From Candidatus Omnitrophota bacterium (GTDB lineage Bacteria > Omnitrophota > Gorgyraeia > Pluralincolimonadales > Pluralincolimonadaceae), in the NCBI GenBank assembly GCA_041651455.1, contig JBAZJG010000005.1:3882-67881 (forward strand): a stretch of DNA of 64,000 nucleotides. The letters run 5' to 3'. This document shows, piece by piece, positions 1 through 8,967 of this stretch (its first letter is position 1; every line of letters starts with the position of its first letter). The translations under genes and the position numbers were made by a program. Below the pieces are notes generated by a model that was not told the DNA's origin, did no database searches, and saw nothing but the letters and a program-made list of their open reading frames with translations.

Positions 1-1184
1 TCAGGCCGAACACGCAGAGCGTTTTTGTCAGGGTGTTTGTCAAGGAGCCGGCTCCATCAAGCCGTATAGCATGGCGCGGGACAGGAACAGTGTATCCGCT
101 GGCGTTCCCGCCGCCCACAACGCCGCTTTACTCGGGCAGCAGCAGGCGGATCTATTACTACGATAAGGACGGGAATGACATCAGAAATGCGGATTTGAAC
201 GGAGTCATGGAACCGGAAGTCTATCCTGTGTATGATATAAACGGTAACCCGACATACATATATAACCCTTCGCGCCCGGCCAGCTGGACCCTTGAAAGCA
301 TACCGGCACCCGGAACCTACATCTACTGGCAACCGGAAGCGCCGTTCTGCGGGTGCTGGCTGTTCGCAAAAGGTGTCCAGGATGATACTTGGCCTACGGG
401 GGTCGGAGGGGAGACCTTCACGGCGAGGGGTTTCAAGTCGCTCGTAACGGACAGCCACGGCACGGGTGTTGTAAATACCGAGCCGAAGCCCCTCTATTGC
501 TTCGGTGATGTCAGCGAGATAAGGATGTATTCAAAAATGTATTACTCGCAATTCAATTATTCTGCGGATAAAACATTGGGTATGATTGGTTCAGATAACG
601 GGGCATCAACGTCTTATAGGGCCTGGATTAACGGAAGCATGGGGAGGCTTTCAACTTGGACCCCGACATATCCGGCCGCGAACACGACGATATTCAAATA
701 TGTCGCGAACAATCAGTATCTCGGCTGGGATTGGTCGGATTTCGACAGGGGCCAGTGCACTATTGGCCCTAGCGACTGGGACAAGGCAGGCGCTGTCACG
801 AAGATGCAGACGCACTGGGACAATTTACGCGGGATCCCTGAGAGCGGTTATATAACGTCGACTCCTTTCTACGCGGGATCTTTCGTGAAATGGGGGACGG
901 TTACGTGGTCTCCCCAGACCCAGCCAATGGCAAATACGGCGGTCACCATGTACCTAAGGAAGACATCTACGGCGCTCCCGTCCGCGGATGTCTCGTGGAC
1001 CGCGCTCGCGAACGGCGCGGCGATATCGGGGACGGACCCATGGATTCAGTATAAAGCGGTTCTCTCCACTACAAATATAAGCAGGGACCAGTATGCGGCA
1101 AGTTCAAGGACCCCCGTCCTTGCGGACGTAACGATAACGTATTTGCCCGCGATAAAAATAGAATATTGGAGGGAAGGGCTATGA
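1..1184 (+). CDS. 3' part of a large exported protein of unknown function; the gene starts upstream of the window
   Basis: The frame of ORF 33..1184 stays open back to nt 3 with no in-frame stop, so the CDS is 5'-truncated by the window edge. Its C-terminus TPVLADVTITYLPAIKIEYWREGL is paralogous to the C-terminus of the 1038-aa GspK-like protein. Its stop overlaps the next start (ATGA at 1181-1184). Confidence 0.6.
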   Translation, partial: RPNTQSVFVRVFVKEPAPSSRIAWRGTGTVYPLAFPPPTTPLYSGSSRRIYYYDKDGNDIRNADLNGVMEPEVYPVYDINGNPTYIYNPSRPASWTLESIPAPGTYIYWQPEAPFCGCWLFAKGVQDDTWPTGVGGETFTARGFKSLVTDSHGTGVVNTEPKPLYCFGDVSEIRMYSKMYYSQFNYSADKTLGMIGSDNGASTSYRAWINGSMGRLSTWTPTYPAANTTIFKYVANNQYLGWDWSDFDRGQCTIGPSDWDKAGAVTKMQTHWDNLRGIPESGYITSTPFYAGSFVKWGTVTWSPQTQPMANTAVTMYLRKTSTALPSADVSWTALANGAAISGTDPWIQYKAVLSTTNISRDQYAASSRTPVLADVTITYLPAIKIEYWREGL

Positions 1185-2176
1185 CGACGAGGATATTTAT
1201 GGCCGTATTTATAGTTTTTTGCGTGGTGGCTTCGACACGTGCCGACACGGTAGTTCTGCAGAACGGAAGGACACTGGAAGGCAGGATACTTGAACAAACA
1301 GACGACTACATTGAGATAAAACTCGGGTCGGGCAAGATGAAGCTCGGTAAGAAAGACATAAAATCATTCGAGATTAAGGAGCCGGCCGAAGGTTATTCAA
1401 CAGTAGAACTTCCCGATATCGAAGTGATGCCCGAGGAAGCGGCGGTACGGAAGCCGGTTGCTGCGGATATCAAGTTGAAGGCGGAGTATACGAAGGGCAA
1501 GGTCTTCGTGAGCGGCACGAGCTCCTATCCGAACAACACGCCGCTGAGGGTCTATTTTATGCAGGGCGAGAGCGTCGTGATGGTCAAGGAATCCCGCGTC
1601 AAGAGAGGGGAGTTCTATATCGCGTTCGGGCCTTTCGAGAAGGAAATTATGGCGGGCAAGTATTCGGTGCGTGCAGAGGCGACCATAGACGGCTCTAAGG
1701 CCTATTCGGAGCCCTTTGCGCTGGTCATCGGAAGCGGAGAGCGCGTAAAGGTCGACGAGACAAGGGAGAAACAGTACCTGCAGGATAAAGCGCAGGAAGT
1801 GTCGGAACTTTATGCAGAGCTGAACAGGGCGTATGATAACGCAAAGGCCTCTTATGACGGGCGGAAATGGAAGGGGTGGTCGAAGGGATGGCTTGAAAAG
1901 GTAAATTCAGCGGCCGCGGAATTCAACGATGATTCCCGGAAGTACATAGCGTCCGTCCGTCCCGTTTCGCAGAGGAGGCTTCAGTTCTGTTTCCACCAAC
2001 TTCCTCTCCTGCTTCGTGCATATACGATAGAGTTCAATTCAAAGAGCGCAAAATCCCCCGGGCAGGTGCTTCCGGTGCAGGATGCGCAGGCGCTGAGGCA
2101 GTCCTTTGACAGGGCACTGTCCGAGACGGTACAGGACGTATCCGCCGTCGCCGTGGACTTGAACCATACGAGATAA
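1181..2176 (+). CDS. Exported protein of unknown function, paralogue A (signal peptide, beta-domain, Trp-rich helical tail)
   Basis: ATG 1181 is preceded by GGAGGG (1169-1174) and overlaps the upstream stop. The N-terminus MTTRIFMAVFIVFCVVASTRA-DT looks like a signal peptide. It shares the ..GEFYIAFGPFEKEIMAGKYSV.. domain and the ELYAEL..W..W..W tail with the next gene. Confidence 0.7.
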   Translation: MTTRIFMAVFIVFCVVASTRADTVVLQNGRTLEGRILEQTDDYIEIKLGSGKMKLGKKDIKSFEIKEPAEGYSTVELPDIEVMPEEAAVRKPVAADIKLKAEYTKGKVFVSGTSSYPNNTPLRVYFMQGESVVMVKESRVKRGEFYIAFGPFEKEIMAGKYSVRAEATIDGSKAYSEPFALVIGSGERVKVDETREKQYLQDKAQEVSELYAELNRAYDNAKASYDGRKWKGWSKGWLEKVNSAAAEFNDDSRKYIASVRPVSQRRLQFCFHQLPLLLRAYTIEFNSKSAKSPGQVLPVQDAQALRQSFDRALSETVQDVSAVAVDLNHTR

Positions 2177-2232
2177 TGTGATATATTTATATAGATAGAA
2201 ACGCATCTGACTGTCGGGTGGGGGAGTATTCT

Positions 2233-3432
2233 GTGGGCAAAACGACTTCGTATAAAGCCGTTAGGACTGTAGCATTTCTGACCGGCTTTTTTTGTTTTTT
2301 ATGCCTTGCCCGGGCGGAGGTATTGCCCTCGCCGAAGATCACGATACTGAAAGTCGAGTATAATGTATCAGAAGGGAAGCCTATTATAGAGGTTGAGGGC
2401 GAAACGGACCTTCCGGAAGGCGCAGTGCTTTCGGTCTCCATAAGGAATGGCCCGGAACTTACGGCTTACAAGGATATAAAAGCAGTGCCGGGCAGGTTCA
2501 GCGTAAAACTTGGCCCGCTGGACAAGGAACTTGACGGGGAATACAGCGTGCAGGTCATGCTGGGCCATGAACAGCCGCAGGAGATTATAGACCGCCTTAA
2601 AAGGGACTCTTCGGATCTGTCCCTCAAGAGCATACAGGCGGTATCGCTTTTCAAGGCGGTCGCCGTAAGCCGTGAAAAATCCCCTTACGGGATCGAGGTC
2701 TGGGCATACAACGAGCAGTACGGCAAGCAGGTAATAGTGCATGCGGACGGCAAGACAAGCCTGCCTGACGGCGCGGTCCTTAAGGTATACCTGAAGCGCA
2801 TAGATACTATTATTGTCTTCGGAGAATGCATGGTAGCCGAGGGCTCATTCAGTATTTCGTTCGGGCCTTTCGGAAAAGAGCTGGCGCCGGGGACGTATAC
2901 GATCGAAGCGGAGTTCTTCCCCGACCTGCAGAGGCCCGAGTTCAAGAAGGTTGCCAACAACGAGAAGATACCCGCAGCGAAAAGTTCCTGCGAGGCAGTG
3001 GTAGGAAAGGTCTCGGACGTCTCAAAGGCCGAGAATGCGGCGTGGCAGGAAATCAACTCGGCGGTGATGTCCATCGATGAATTATATTGGGAGTTGAAGG
3101 ATGTCTACGCTCTGTCACAAACGCATTTCGACCCTGCCGCCTGGGACGAATGGTCAGACAGGTGGCGTTTCCACCTTAAGAAGGTAAGCAATAGCCTGAA
3201 AGACGGCACGGGCAGGGACAAGTCCCTGTCGTTGTATCCGGAGGCCGAAAAGGGCCTGCCGCTGGCGGTAAAGTACCTTTCGGAGATATATGTTATAATG
3301 ACCGACACGCTGAAGAACCGCGCCCCGGCAAAAAAGGGGGAGCTCGAAAAGCGCTGTTATGCCCTGGAAAACGAACTGGTAAAGCTTATGAAAAAGATGA
3401 AAGCCGAACTGGCGAACTCGCCGAAGGTGTAA
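2233..3432 (+). CDS. Exported protein of unknown function, paralogue B (two copies of the beta-domain)
   Basis: GTG 2233 lies 6 nt after GGGGGAG (2220-2226); the ORF-track start at 2218 would leave no RBS. The signal peptide is ..FLTGFFCFLCLARA-EV. There are two internal copies of the LP(E/D)GAVL..G.F...(L/F)GP..KEL..G.Y domain. The helical tail is ELYWEL..AAWDEWSDRW. Confidence 0.65.
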   Translation: MGKTTSYKAVRTVAFLTGFFCFLCLARAEVLPSPKITILKVEYNVSEGKPIIEVEGETDLPEGAVLSVSIRNGPELTAYKDIKAVPGRFSVKLGPLDKELDGEYSVQVMLGHEQPQEIIDRLKRDSSDLSLKSIQAVSLFKAVAVSREKSPYGIEVWAYNEQYGKQVIVHADGKTSLPDGAVLKVYLKRIDTIIVFGECMVAEGSFSISFGPFGKELAPGTYTIEAEFFPDLQRPEFKKVANNEKIPAAKSSCEAVVGKVSDVSKAENAAWQEINSAVMSIDELYWELKDVYALSQTHFDPAAWDEWSDRWRFHLKKVSNSLKDGTGRDKSLSLYPEAEKGLPLAVKYLSEIYVIMTDTLKNRAPAKKGELEKRCYALENELVKLMKKMKAELANSPKV

Positions 3433-3436
3433 GAGG

Positions 3437-6400
3437 ATGATAAAGAAGGGTGTGGCTATAGTATTTGCGCTCGGTGTCCTGGCGATGCTCTCATTGATCG
3501 GCTCGACGATGGTCCTGTCGGTCATAATGGAGCGGAAGGGGACCGTCAATTCCACCGCAAAGATAAAGGCGAGATATCTCGCCGATGCGGGTGTCGCGCG
3601 GGCTATCGCAGAGCTCAAATACGGCAATCAGGGTGCGCGCAATGATTCGGTCGATACGCTGGCGGAGACGATATTCGCGAGCGGACTGTCCGACAATACG
3701 TTGCTGAACGGCCGCGGCAGCTACAGCGTCACGGTTATCGATTGCGCGAGCCGCATAAACCTCAATGGCGGTAACTGCGACGCGCGCCTGTCTCTGATGC
3801 TCCAGAACCTCAGTACGGTCACTGCGGCGGGGCTTACGGTCGCGGAATGCGATACGATTGCCTCGAGGCGCCCATATGTCTGCATAGAAGAGGTGAAATC
3901 AAGGGCTGGTATATCAAGCACCAAATTCGCAAAAATTGAGAATTTTATCACGGTATTCGGTTATATAGACCCGAAGACCGTGGATCCGCAGAACCTCGCT
4001 TCTCCTTACGTGCTTCAGCCCCGTTCACCCGTCAATGTCAATACCGCTTCGGAGGAGGTCCTCAGGGCGGTGCTTATGGGCATTGAGGCGATCCATTCCT
4101 GCCCCAAGTGCGGCGGCGACGGGTACTACTTTGATGTTCTCGGGAACCATCTCGATTGCCCTTATTGTGATGGGTCGGGTTCGTCGGGCTCAATAACGGG
4201 CAACCTTGTTATAAACTCGACAGAAGCGCAGAACCTCGCACAGTACATTGTGACGCACAGGCCGTACTTGAACTGGGAATCTTTTTATGCTTCTATAAAG
4301 TCGTTCTTCAACAACGGGACGACGTCATCCGACCAGGAAGTGGTCATGGCGAACGCGAACCCGAATACCGGCTTCTCTTGGGTGCGCAACGATGCCTGGG
4401 CATCAAGGCTCGGCTATGTCGGCAAATACGTCATAGATATAAACAAGAACGGGACGGTCGAGGCATCGGATAGGGGCCTTACCAAGAGCACTACGGAATT
4501 TAGTTTCAACTCCGGGGGTTTCTACGAGATAAGGTCTACGGGCGTTTACAGGACGGCAGGCGGAGTTCCGCTGGCCCAGCGCGGTGTCGTGACGATTGTT
4601 AAGCTCTTCGGTACGATCAGGGCGACATCTCAGTCCGATTTCGACGGGGCGGGTAATACGAAGACCAATATCTCGACGTATCCGGAACCGGCAGGCGTGG
4701 GGGTTTCCGCGGCGGCTTATGACGGGCAGATAATGCTCTCGAGGATAAACCGCGCGACTCCGAGCTCGGGCAAATACTTCAGGGCAAATTATAATACTAC
4801 GTTGAATGCCGATGCAGGAGGAGGTAACACTGCCCTGCAGAACCCCCCGAATCCAGGGTCCGGGGTTATAGGCACGAAGCCGAACATAGGCAGTATTGCC
4901 TCATACAGCTCTAGGGGTGAGCTGGTGCCGGACGGGATGCTTGTGGATTCTTACGATGTCGTATGTCCGGACTACCTGCCCTCAAATAATATAACCTATA
5001 ATGCGGGGACGATGGAAGTATGGTTCAAGACGATGTGGAACAGCAACGACACGTTGATGTATAACGATAATTGCAAAGACCGCAAGGTCTATCGCCTCAT
5101 GAGCAGGGACGAGATAACCGGTGCCGGTACGAAGACATGGCCTTTCTCGACTTATGTCTTTTATTCTCAGAATTTCGGAGGAGTACAGAAGGGGTGTTCG
5201 ATAGGCGCCCAGGGTTACGGATACTACCAGAGCGGCAATTGGTCTTATATACCGAACACGCCGGAAGGTTCCGGGGATTATAAGATAGAGTTTTGCAGGA
5301 ATTATGTAGGCACCGAGGCATTGGGGATCTGGAATTCCGGCAAGTGGCGCCATTATGTCATTACATGGAAAGAGCCGCCGAACGGAGGCGCGTGTGACCC
5401 GGCGAATACCGGTAATTGGCCCGGTGTTTATCCGAATGACCTGAAGGTATACATGGACGGTACCGAGAGGAGCGCGGACCAGTATTTCCACCACTTTGAA
5501 TACCTTGACAATACCTCGGCGCAATACCTGATGCTCGGCCATGAATGGTGGGCGGGTTCGGGGTCGGTATCGCATTACGAACGCAACCAGCTGAACGGCG
5601 TAATAGGTTCGGTAAGGATATGGGATACACAGTTGTCCACGGCGCAGATATTGGCCGAATACGGCGCGGGGCTTTTTCAGAAGACCGGGACATATGTCTC
5701 GCCTACACTGGCCGTACCGGCCTCCGACGGCCCGACGGTAGAGTGGGGCACGGCAAGCTGGACAGGCATAGTGCCCAGCAGTGATGAATCGATAACCATG
5801 GGCGTGGATACGAATATCTCAGGGACTTATCACGGCAACTGGACATCTACCGGGACCGGCGAGGCTATTGTCGACGGATCCGGCAACCGGCTCAGGAGCG
5901 GCTCAATACGATTCAGGAGTATTTTAAGTTCCACTAAAGGCACGGCAGCCCAGCCGGACGCGGATATAATGCAGAATTATACCGATCCGACCTTCGAGAC
6001 GCATCCTCCGGGAGCCGGCGGGAATGAAGCGCCGCTTCCTCCGGGGTGGGGCGCCTCCGGAAGCTGGGGCACTTTCCTTTCCACTAAGGGAAGGCCTGTC
6101 CACGGAGGCACGTGGTGCGCCGGAAATTTCGGCAGCGGCAGGACTTTCATAAATATACCGGTCACCGGAGGCAAGTCCTACAAGTTCGTGGGTTACTCAT
6201 ACCTGCCGAGCGACCCGGACACCATAAATTGCTATTATACGATGCGGTTCAACGGGACGGGCGGATATAATAGCGGGGAGGTCTCCATAATGGGGACGCG
6301 GGACGCATGGCTCTATACCCGTATACCCACCAACGGAGGCTGGGTCACAGCGCCGTTGGATGCCACGCAATGTACTATCTCGCTGTGCTCGTGGCATACG

Positions 6401-6553
6401 GGGTCCGGATGGATAGCCGCAAGCTTCGACGACCTTAAGCTTATAGAGCAGGGCGCTACGGTCCTGGTCCCGCTTACGGATACGCCCGTCATAGAGGATG
6501 TCAGCATAACCTACCTGCCCAGGACGCAGGTGTTATACAGCAGGGAATTTTAA
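3437..6553 (+). CDS. GspK/PilX-like minor pseudopilin fused to a DnaJ-type zinc-finger insert, a LamG-like domain and a CBM4/9-like jelly-roll domain
   Basis: The N-terminus KKGVAIVFALGVLAMLSLIGSTMVL and the ..PVNVNTASEEVLRAVL.. block are typical of T2SS protein K-type pseudopilins. The LamG-type edges are GTMEVWFKT ... VIGSVRIWDTQLSTAQILAEY. The C-terminal NYTDPTFE...GKSYKFVGYSY...ASFDDLKLIE resembles a CBM4/9 jelly-roll. Confidence 0.65.
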   Translation: MIKKGVAIVFALGVLAMLSLIGSTMVLSVIMERKGTVNSTAKIKARYLADAGVARAIAELKYGNQGARNDSVDTLAETIFASGLSDNTLLNGRGSYSVTVIDCASRINLNGGNCDARLSLMLQNLSTVTAAGLTVAECDTIASRRPYVCIEEVKSRAGISSTKFAKIENFITVFGYIDPKTVDPQNLASPYVLQPRSPVNVNTASEEVLRAVLMGIEAIHSCPKCGGDGYYFDVLGNHLDCPYCDGSGSSGSITGNLVINSTEAQNLAQYIVTHRPYLNWESFYASIKSFFNNGTTSSDQEVVMANANPNTGFSWVRNDAWASRLGYVGKYVIDINKNGTVEASDRGLTKSTTEFSFNSGGFYEIRSTGVYRTAGGVPLAQRGVVTIVKLFGTIRATSQSDFDGAGNTKTNISTYPEPAGVGVSAAAYDGQIMLSRINRATPSSGKYFRANYNTTLNADAGGGNTALQNPPNPGSGVIGTKPNIGSIASYSSRGELVPDGMLVDSYDVVCPDYLPSNNITYNAGTMEVWFKTMWNSNDTLMYNDNCKDRKVYRLMSRDEITGAGTKTWPFSTYVFYSQNFGGVQKGCSIGAQGYGYYQSGNWSYIPNTPEGSGDYKIEFCRNYVGTEALGIWNSGKWRHYVITWKEPPNGGACDPANTGNWPGVYPNDLKVYMDGTERSADQYFHHFEYLDNTSAQYLMLGHEWWAGSGSVSHYERNQLNGVIGSVRIWDTQLSTAQILAEYGAGLFQKTGTYVSPTLAVPASDGPTVEWGTASWTGIVPSSDESITMGVDTNISGTYHGNWTSTGTGEAIVDGSGNRLRSGSIRFRSILSSTKGTAAQPDADIMQNYTDPTFETHPPGAGGNEAPLPPGWGASGSWGTFLSTKGRPVHGGTWCAGNFGSGRTFINIPVTGGKSYKFVGYSYLPSDPDTINCYYTMRFNGTGGYNSGEVSIMGTRDAWLYTRIPTNGGWVTAPLDATQCTISLCSWHTGSGWIAASFDDLKLIEQGATVLVPLTDTPVIEDVSITYLPRTQVLYSREF

Positions 6554-6564
6554 GTATGTCTTTA

Positions 6565-6610
6565 AAGGCCGGCAGGGTACTTGTTATCCTGGCCGGCCTT
6601 TTTTTGTTTT
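6565..6610 (+). terminator. Rho-independent terminator after the pseudopilin cluster
   Basis: A GC-rich stem AAGGCCGGCAGG / CCTGGCCGGCCTT with one bulge is followed by TTTTTTTGTTTT, 12 nt after the stop at 6553. Confidence 0.7.
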
Positions 6611-6751
6611 CAGCCGTTCCGGAGCGGATGAGATTGTCCCCAGGAAAGATGTCGAATCAATAAAGAAGGAAGCGCTGCCTGAGGGTTATCCCGGGATCCC
6701 GGATAAGGAAGATGAGAAATCTCCCGCCGCGAATTTTAGGGCCATTTTTGC

Positions 6752-6780
6752 TTGACAACATTTTTCGGCGGAGTTATATT
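6752..6780 (+). promoter_or_regulatory. Sigma70-type promoter for the EF-G gene
   Basis: TTGACA (6752-6757), a 17-nt spacer, then TATATT (6775-6780), about 55 nt upstream of ATG 6837. Confidence 0.6.
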
Positions 6781-6836
6781 AACTGATACTTATCTGAAGA
6801 TGGACCTCACCAATAATATATTAAAGGAAGGCTTCC

Positions 6837-8885
6837 ATGGAAAGATACCCCGTTGAGAACATCCGCAACATAATCTTCGTGTCGCACTCCGGTTCGGGCA
6901 AGACCTCGTTGGTCGAGGCGTTGCTCTACGATGCCAAGATGACCACCCGTCTCGGGAAGATCTCGGAAGGCAACACGCATTCCGACTATAACTCCGACGA
7001 AATAGAGCGCAAGATATCCATTAGCTCGAAATTCCTGCACCTCATATGGAAGAATACGAGGGTCCACATACTCGATACGCCCGGTTACGCGGATTTCGTC
7101 GGCGACGTCATATCGCCGATGCGCGCAGCCGACGCGGCCGTGCTGCTGGTAGAGGCGGTCCACGGGATAGAGGTCGGCACCGAGCGCGTATGGGAATTCC
7201 TCGAGCAGAGGGGCCTTCCGCGAATAATATTCATAAACAAGCTGGACAAGGAGAACGCGAATTTCGAGAATACGCTGAACATGATACGCGAGAGGTTCGG
7301 CAGGCAGTGCGTGGCGCTGAACTCGCCTGTCGGCGAGCAGCAGTCGCTGAAATCGGTCGAGAGCGTGCTCGCGAAGGGCGGGAAACTGAAAGAGGACCTG
7401 CTCGATGCAGTCGTGGAGACCGACGATACGCTTACCGAGAAATACCTCGAAGGCAAGGAGCTTTCCGCGGACGAGATAACGAAAGCCCTTAAGTCCGCGT
7501 GCGTATCGGGCAAGATAATACCGGTATTCTGCGGTTCCGCCGTCCAGAACATCGGCGTCCAGGAACTGCTCGACGGCATCACGGGCCTTTTGCCTTCGCC
7601 GGCGGACCGTCCCGCGGTCGAGGGGATAAACCCAAAGACGAAGGAGGCCGTTACGAGAAAACCGTCGGAATCCGAACCGTTCTCGGCTTTCATATTCAAG
7701 GACATATTCGACCCGTATGTAGGGCACCTAACGCTCTTCAGGGTCTACTCCGGCTCGGTGGAGTCGAACACGGGTTTCTATAACTCGTCGAGGGACCTGA
7801 AAGAGAGGATAGGCCAGATATACATCCTGCAGGGCAAGGAACAGGTCCCGGTGCAGAAGGCCGGCGCGGGCGATATCGCGGCGGTCGCGAAGCTCAAGGA
7901 TACGCACAATAACGATACCGTATGCGATGAGAAGAACCCGGTTGTCTTCGAGCCGACCGCCTATCCCGAGCCGTGCATATCGAGCTCGGTAAAGCCGAAG
8001 ACGCGCCAGGACGAAGAGAAGATCATGGGCACGCTCACGCGCCTGGCTTCCGAGGACCCGACGTTCAGGATAAGCCGCGACGAGCAGACGCACGAACTGG
8101 TGATATCCGGCATGGGGGACCTGCATCTCGATGTGATGCTCGACAGGATGAAGAAGCGTTTCGGCGTCGACGTAGAAGTCGGCGTCCCGAAGGTCCCGTA
8201 CAAAGAGACGATAAAGAAGGCCGTAAAGATACAGGGAAAGTTCAAGAGGCAGTCCGGCGGCCGCGGACAGTACGGCGACTGCTGGCTTGAGCTCGAACCC
8301 CTGCCCCACGGGCAGCAGTTCGAGTTCGTGGACAAGGTCGTAGGCGGCGCGATACCGAGGCAGTTCATACCTTCCGTCGAGAAGGGCGTAAAGGAAGCGA
8401 TGACGAAGGGCTTCCTCGCGGGTTATCCTGTCGTCGACGTCAGGGTCACGGTGTTCGACGGCTCGTTCCACGAGGTCGACTCGTCTGATATGGCTTTCCA
8501 GATAGCCGGCTCCATGGCGTTCAAGAACGGCCAGGAGCAGGCGAGCCCGGTCCTGCTCGAGCCGATAATGAGCGTGGAGATAATCGTGCCGAACGATTAC
8601 CTCGGGCAGATAACGGGCGATATCAACTCCCGCCGCGGCAGGATCATGGGCATCGAGGGGAGGGGCAAGCAGGAGTACGTGAAGGCGTCCATACCCCTGT
8701 CCGAGATGTTCAAATACGCCACGGAACTGCGCTCGATGACGGGCGGCCGCGGCTCATATTCGATGAAATTCGACCATTACGAGGAAGTCCCGGCCAAGAT
8801 CACCCAGATCATAGTCGCCAACATGAAGAAGGCGGCTGAGGAAGCTGCCGGGGGCCACGCGGGGCACGGCCACGAGCATAAGTAA
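6837..8885 (+). CDS. fusA: Elongation factor G (EF-G2-like paralogue)
   Basis: The 682-aa product has GTPase motifs SHSGSGKTS, DTPGYADF and NKLD and a full-length EF-G domain order. An AAGGAAGG RBS precedes the ATG. The gene stands alone, not in an rpsL-rpsG-fusA-tuf context. Confidence 0.9.
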   Translation: MERYPVENIRNIIFVSHSGSGKTSLVEALLYDAKMTTRLGKISEGNTHSDYNSDEIERKISISSKFLHLIWKNTRVHILDTPGYADFVGDVISPMRAADAAVLLVEAVHGIEVGTERVWEFLEQRGLPRIIFINKLDKENANFENTLNMIRERFGRQCVALNSPVGEQQSLKSVESVLAKGGKLKEDLLDAVVETDDTLTEKYLEGKELSADEITKALKSACVSGKIIPVFCGSAVQNIGVQELLDGITGLLPSPADRPAVEGINPKTKEAVTRKPSESEPFSAFIFKDIFDPYVGHLTLFRVYSGSVESNTGFYNSSRDLKERIGQIYILQGKEQVPVQKAGAGDIAAVAKLKDTHNNDTVCDEKNPVVFEPTAYPEPCISSSVKPKTRQDEEKIMGTLTRLASEDPTFRISRDEQTHELVISGMGDLHLDVMLDRMKKRFGVDVEVGVPKVPYKETIKKAVKIQGKFKRQSGGRGQYGDCWLELEPLPHGQQFEFVDKVVGGAIPRQFIPSVEKGVKEAMTKGFLAGYPVVDVRVTVFDGSFHEVDSSDMAFQIAGSMAFKNGQEQASPVLLEPIMSVEIIVPNDYLGQITGDINSRRGRIMGIEGRGKQEYVKASIPLSEMFKYATELRSMTGGRGSYSMKFDHYEEVPAKITQIIVANMKKAAEEAAGGHAGHGHEHK

Positions 8886-8888
8886 ACT

Positions 8889-8918
8889 ATTGCCAATACC
8901 CTCCTAAAAGTGGTATAA
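8889..8918 (+). promoter_or_regulatory. Sigma70-type promoter with extended -10, upstream of yebC
   Basis: TTGCCA (8889-8894), an 18-nt spacer ending in TGg, then TATAAT (8913-8918). A GGAGG RBS sits at 8951-8955. Confidence 0.55.
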
Positions 8919-8967
8919 TTCCCTATCAAAATCCACAAGACAATCCTAATCGGAGGTATTTTCTGAG

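Noticed and set aside
6686-6706. A near-perfect 20-bp palindrome TTAT(C)CCGGGA|TCCCGGATAA containing adjacent SmaI-like and BamHI-like sites. I considered it both as a cloning-vector remnant and as an operator.
   Set aside because: The order and flanks do not match common polylinkers, and the surrounding sequence is native intergenic DNA. As an operator it sits about 45 nt upstream of the -35 element with no adjacent regulator gene. The evidence is too thin to report as a finding.
8853-8885. The His-rich end of EF-G (GGHAGHGHEHK) considered as an artificial affinity tag.
   Set aside because: It is not a contiguous His6 and is interspersed with Gly/Ala/Glu. It is followed by native promoter sequence, so it is treated as natural and noted under the EF-G finding.
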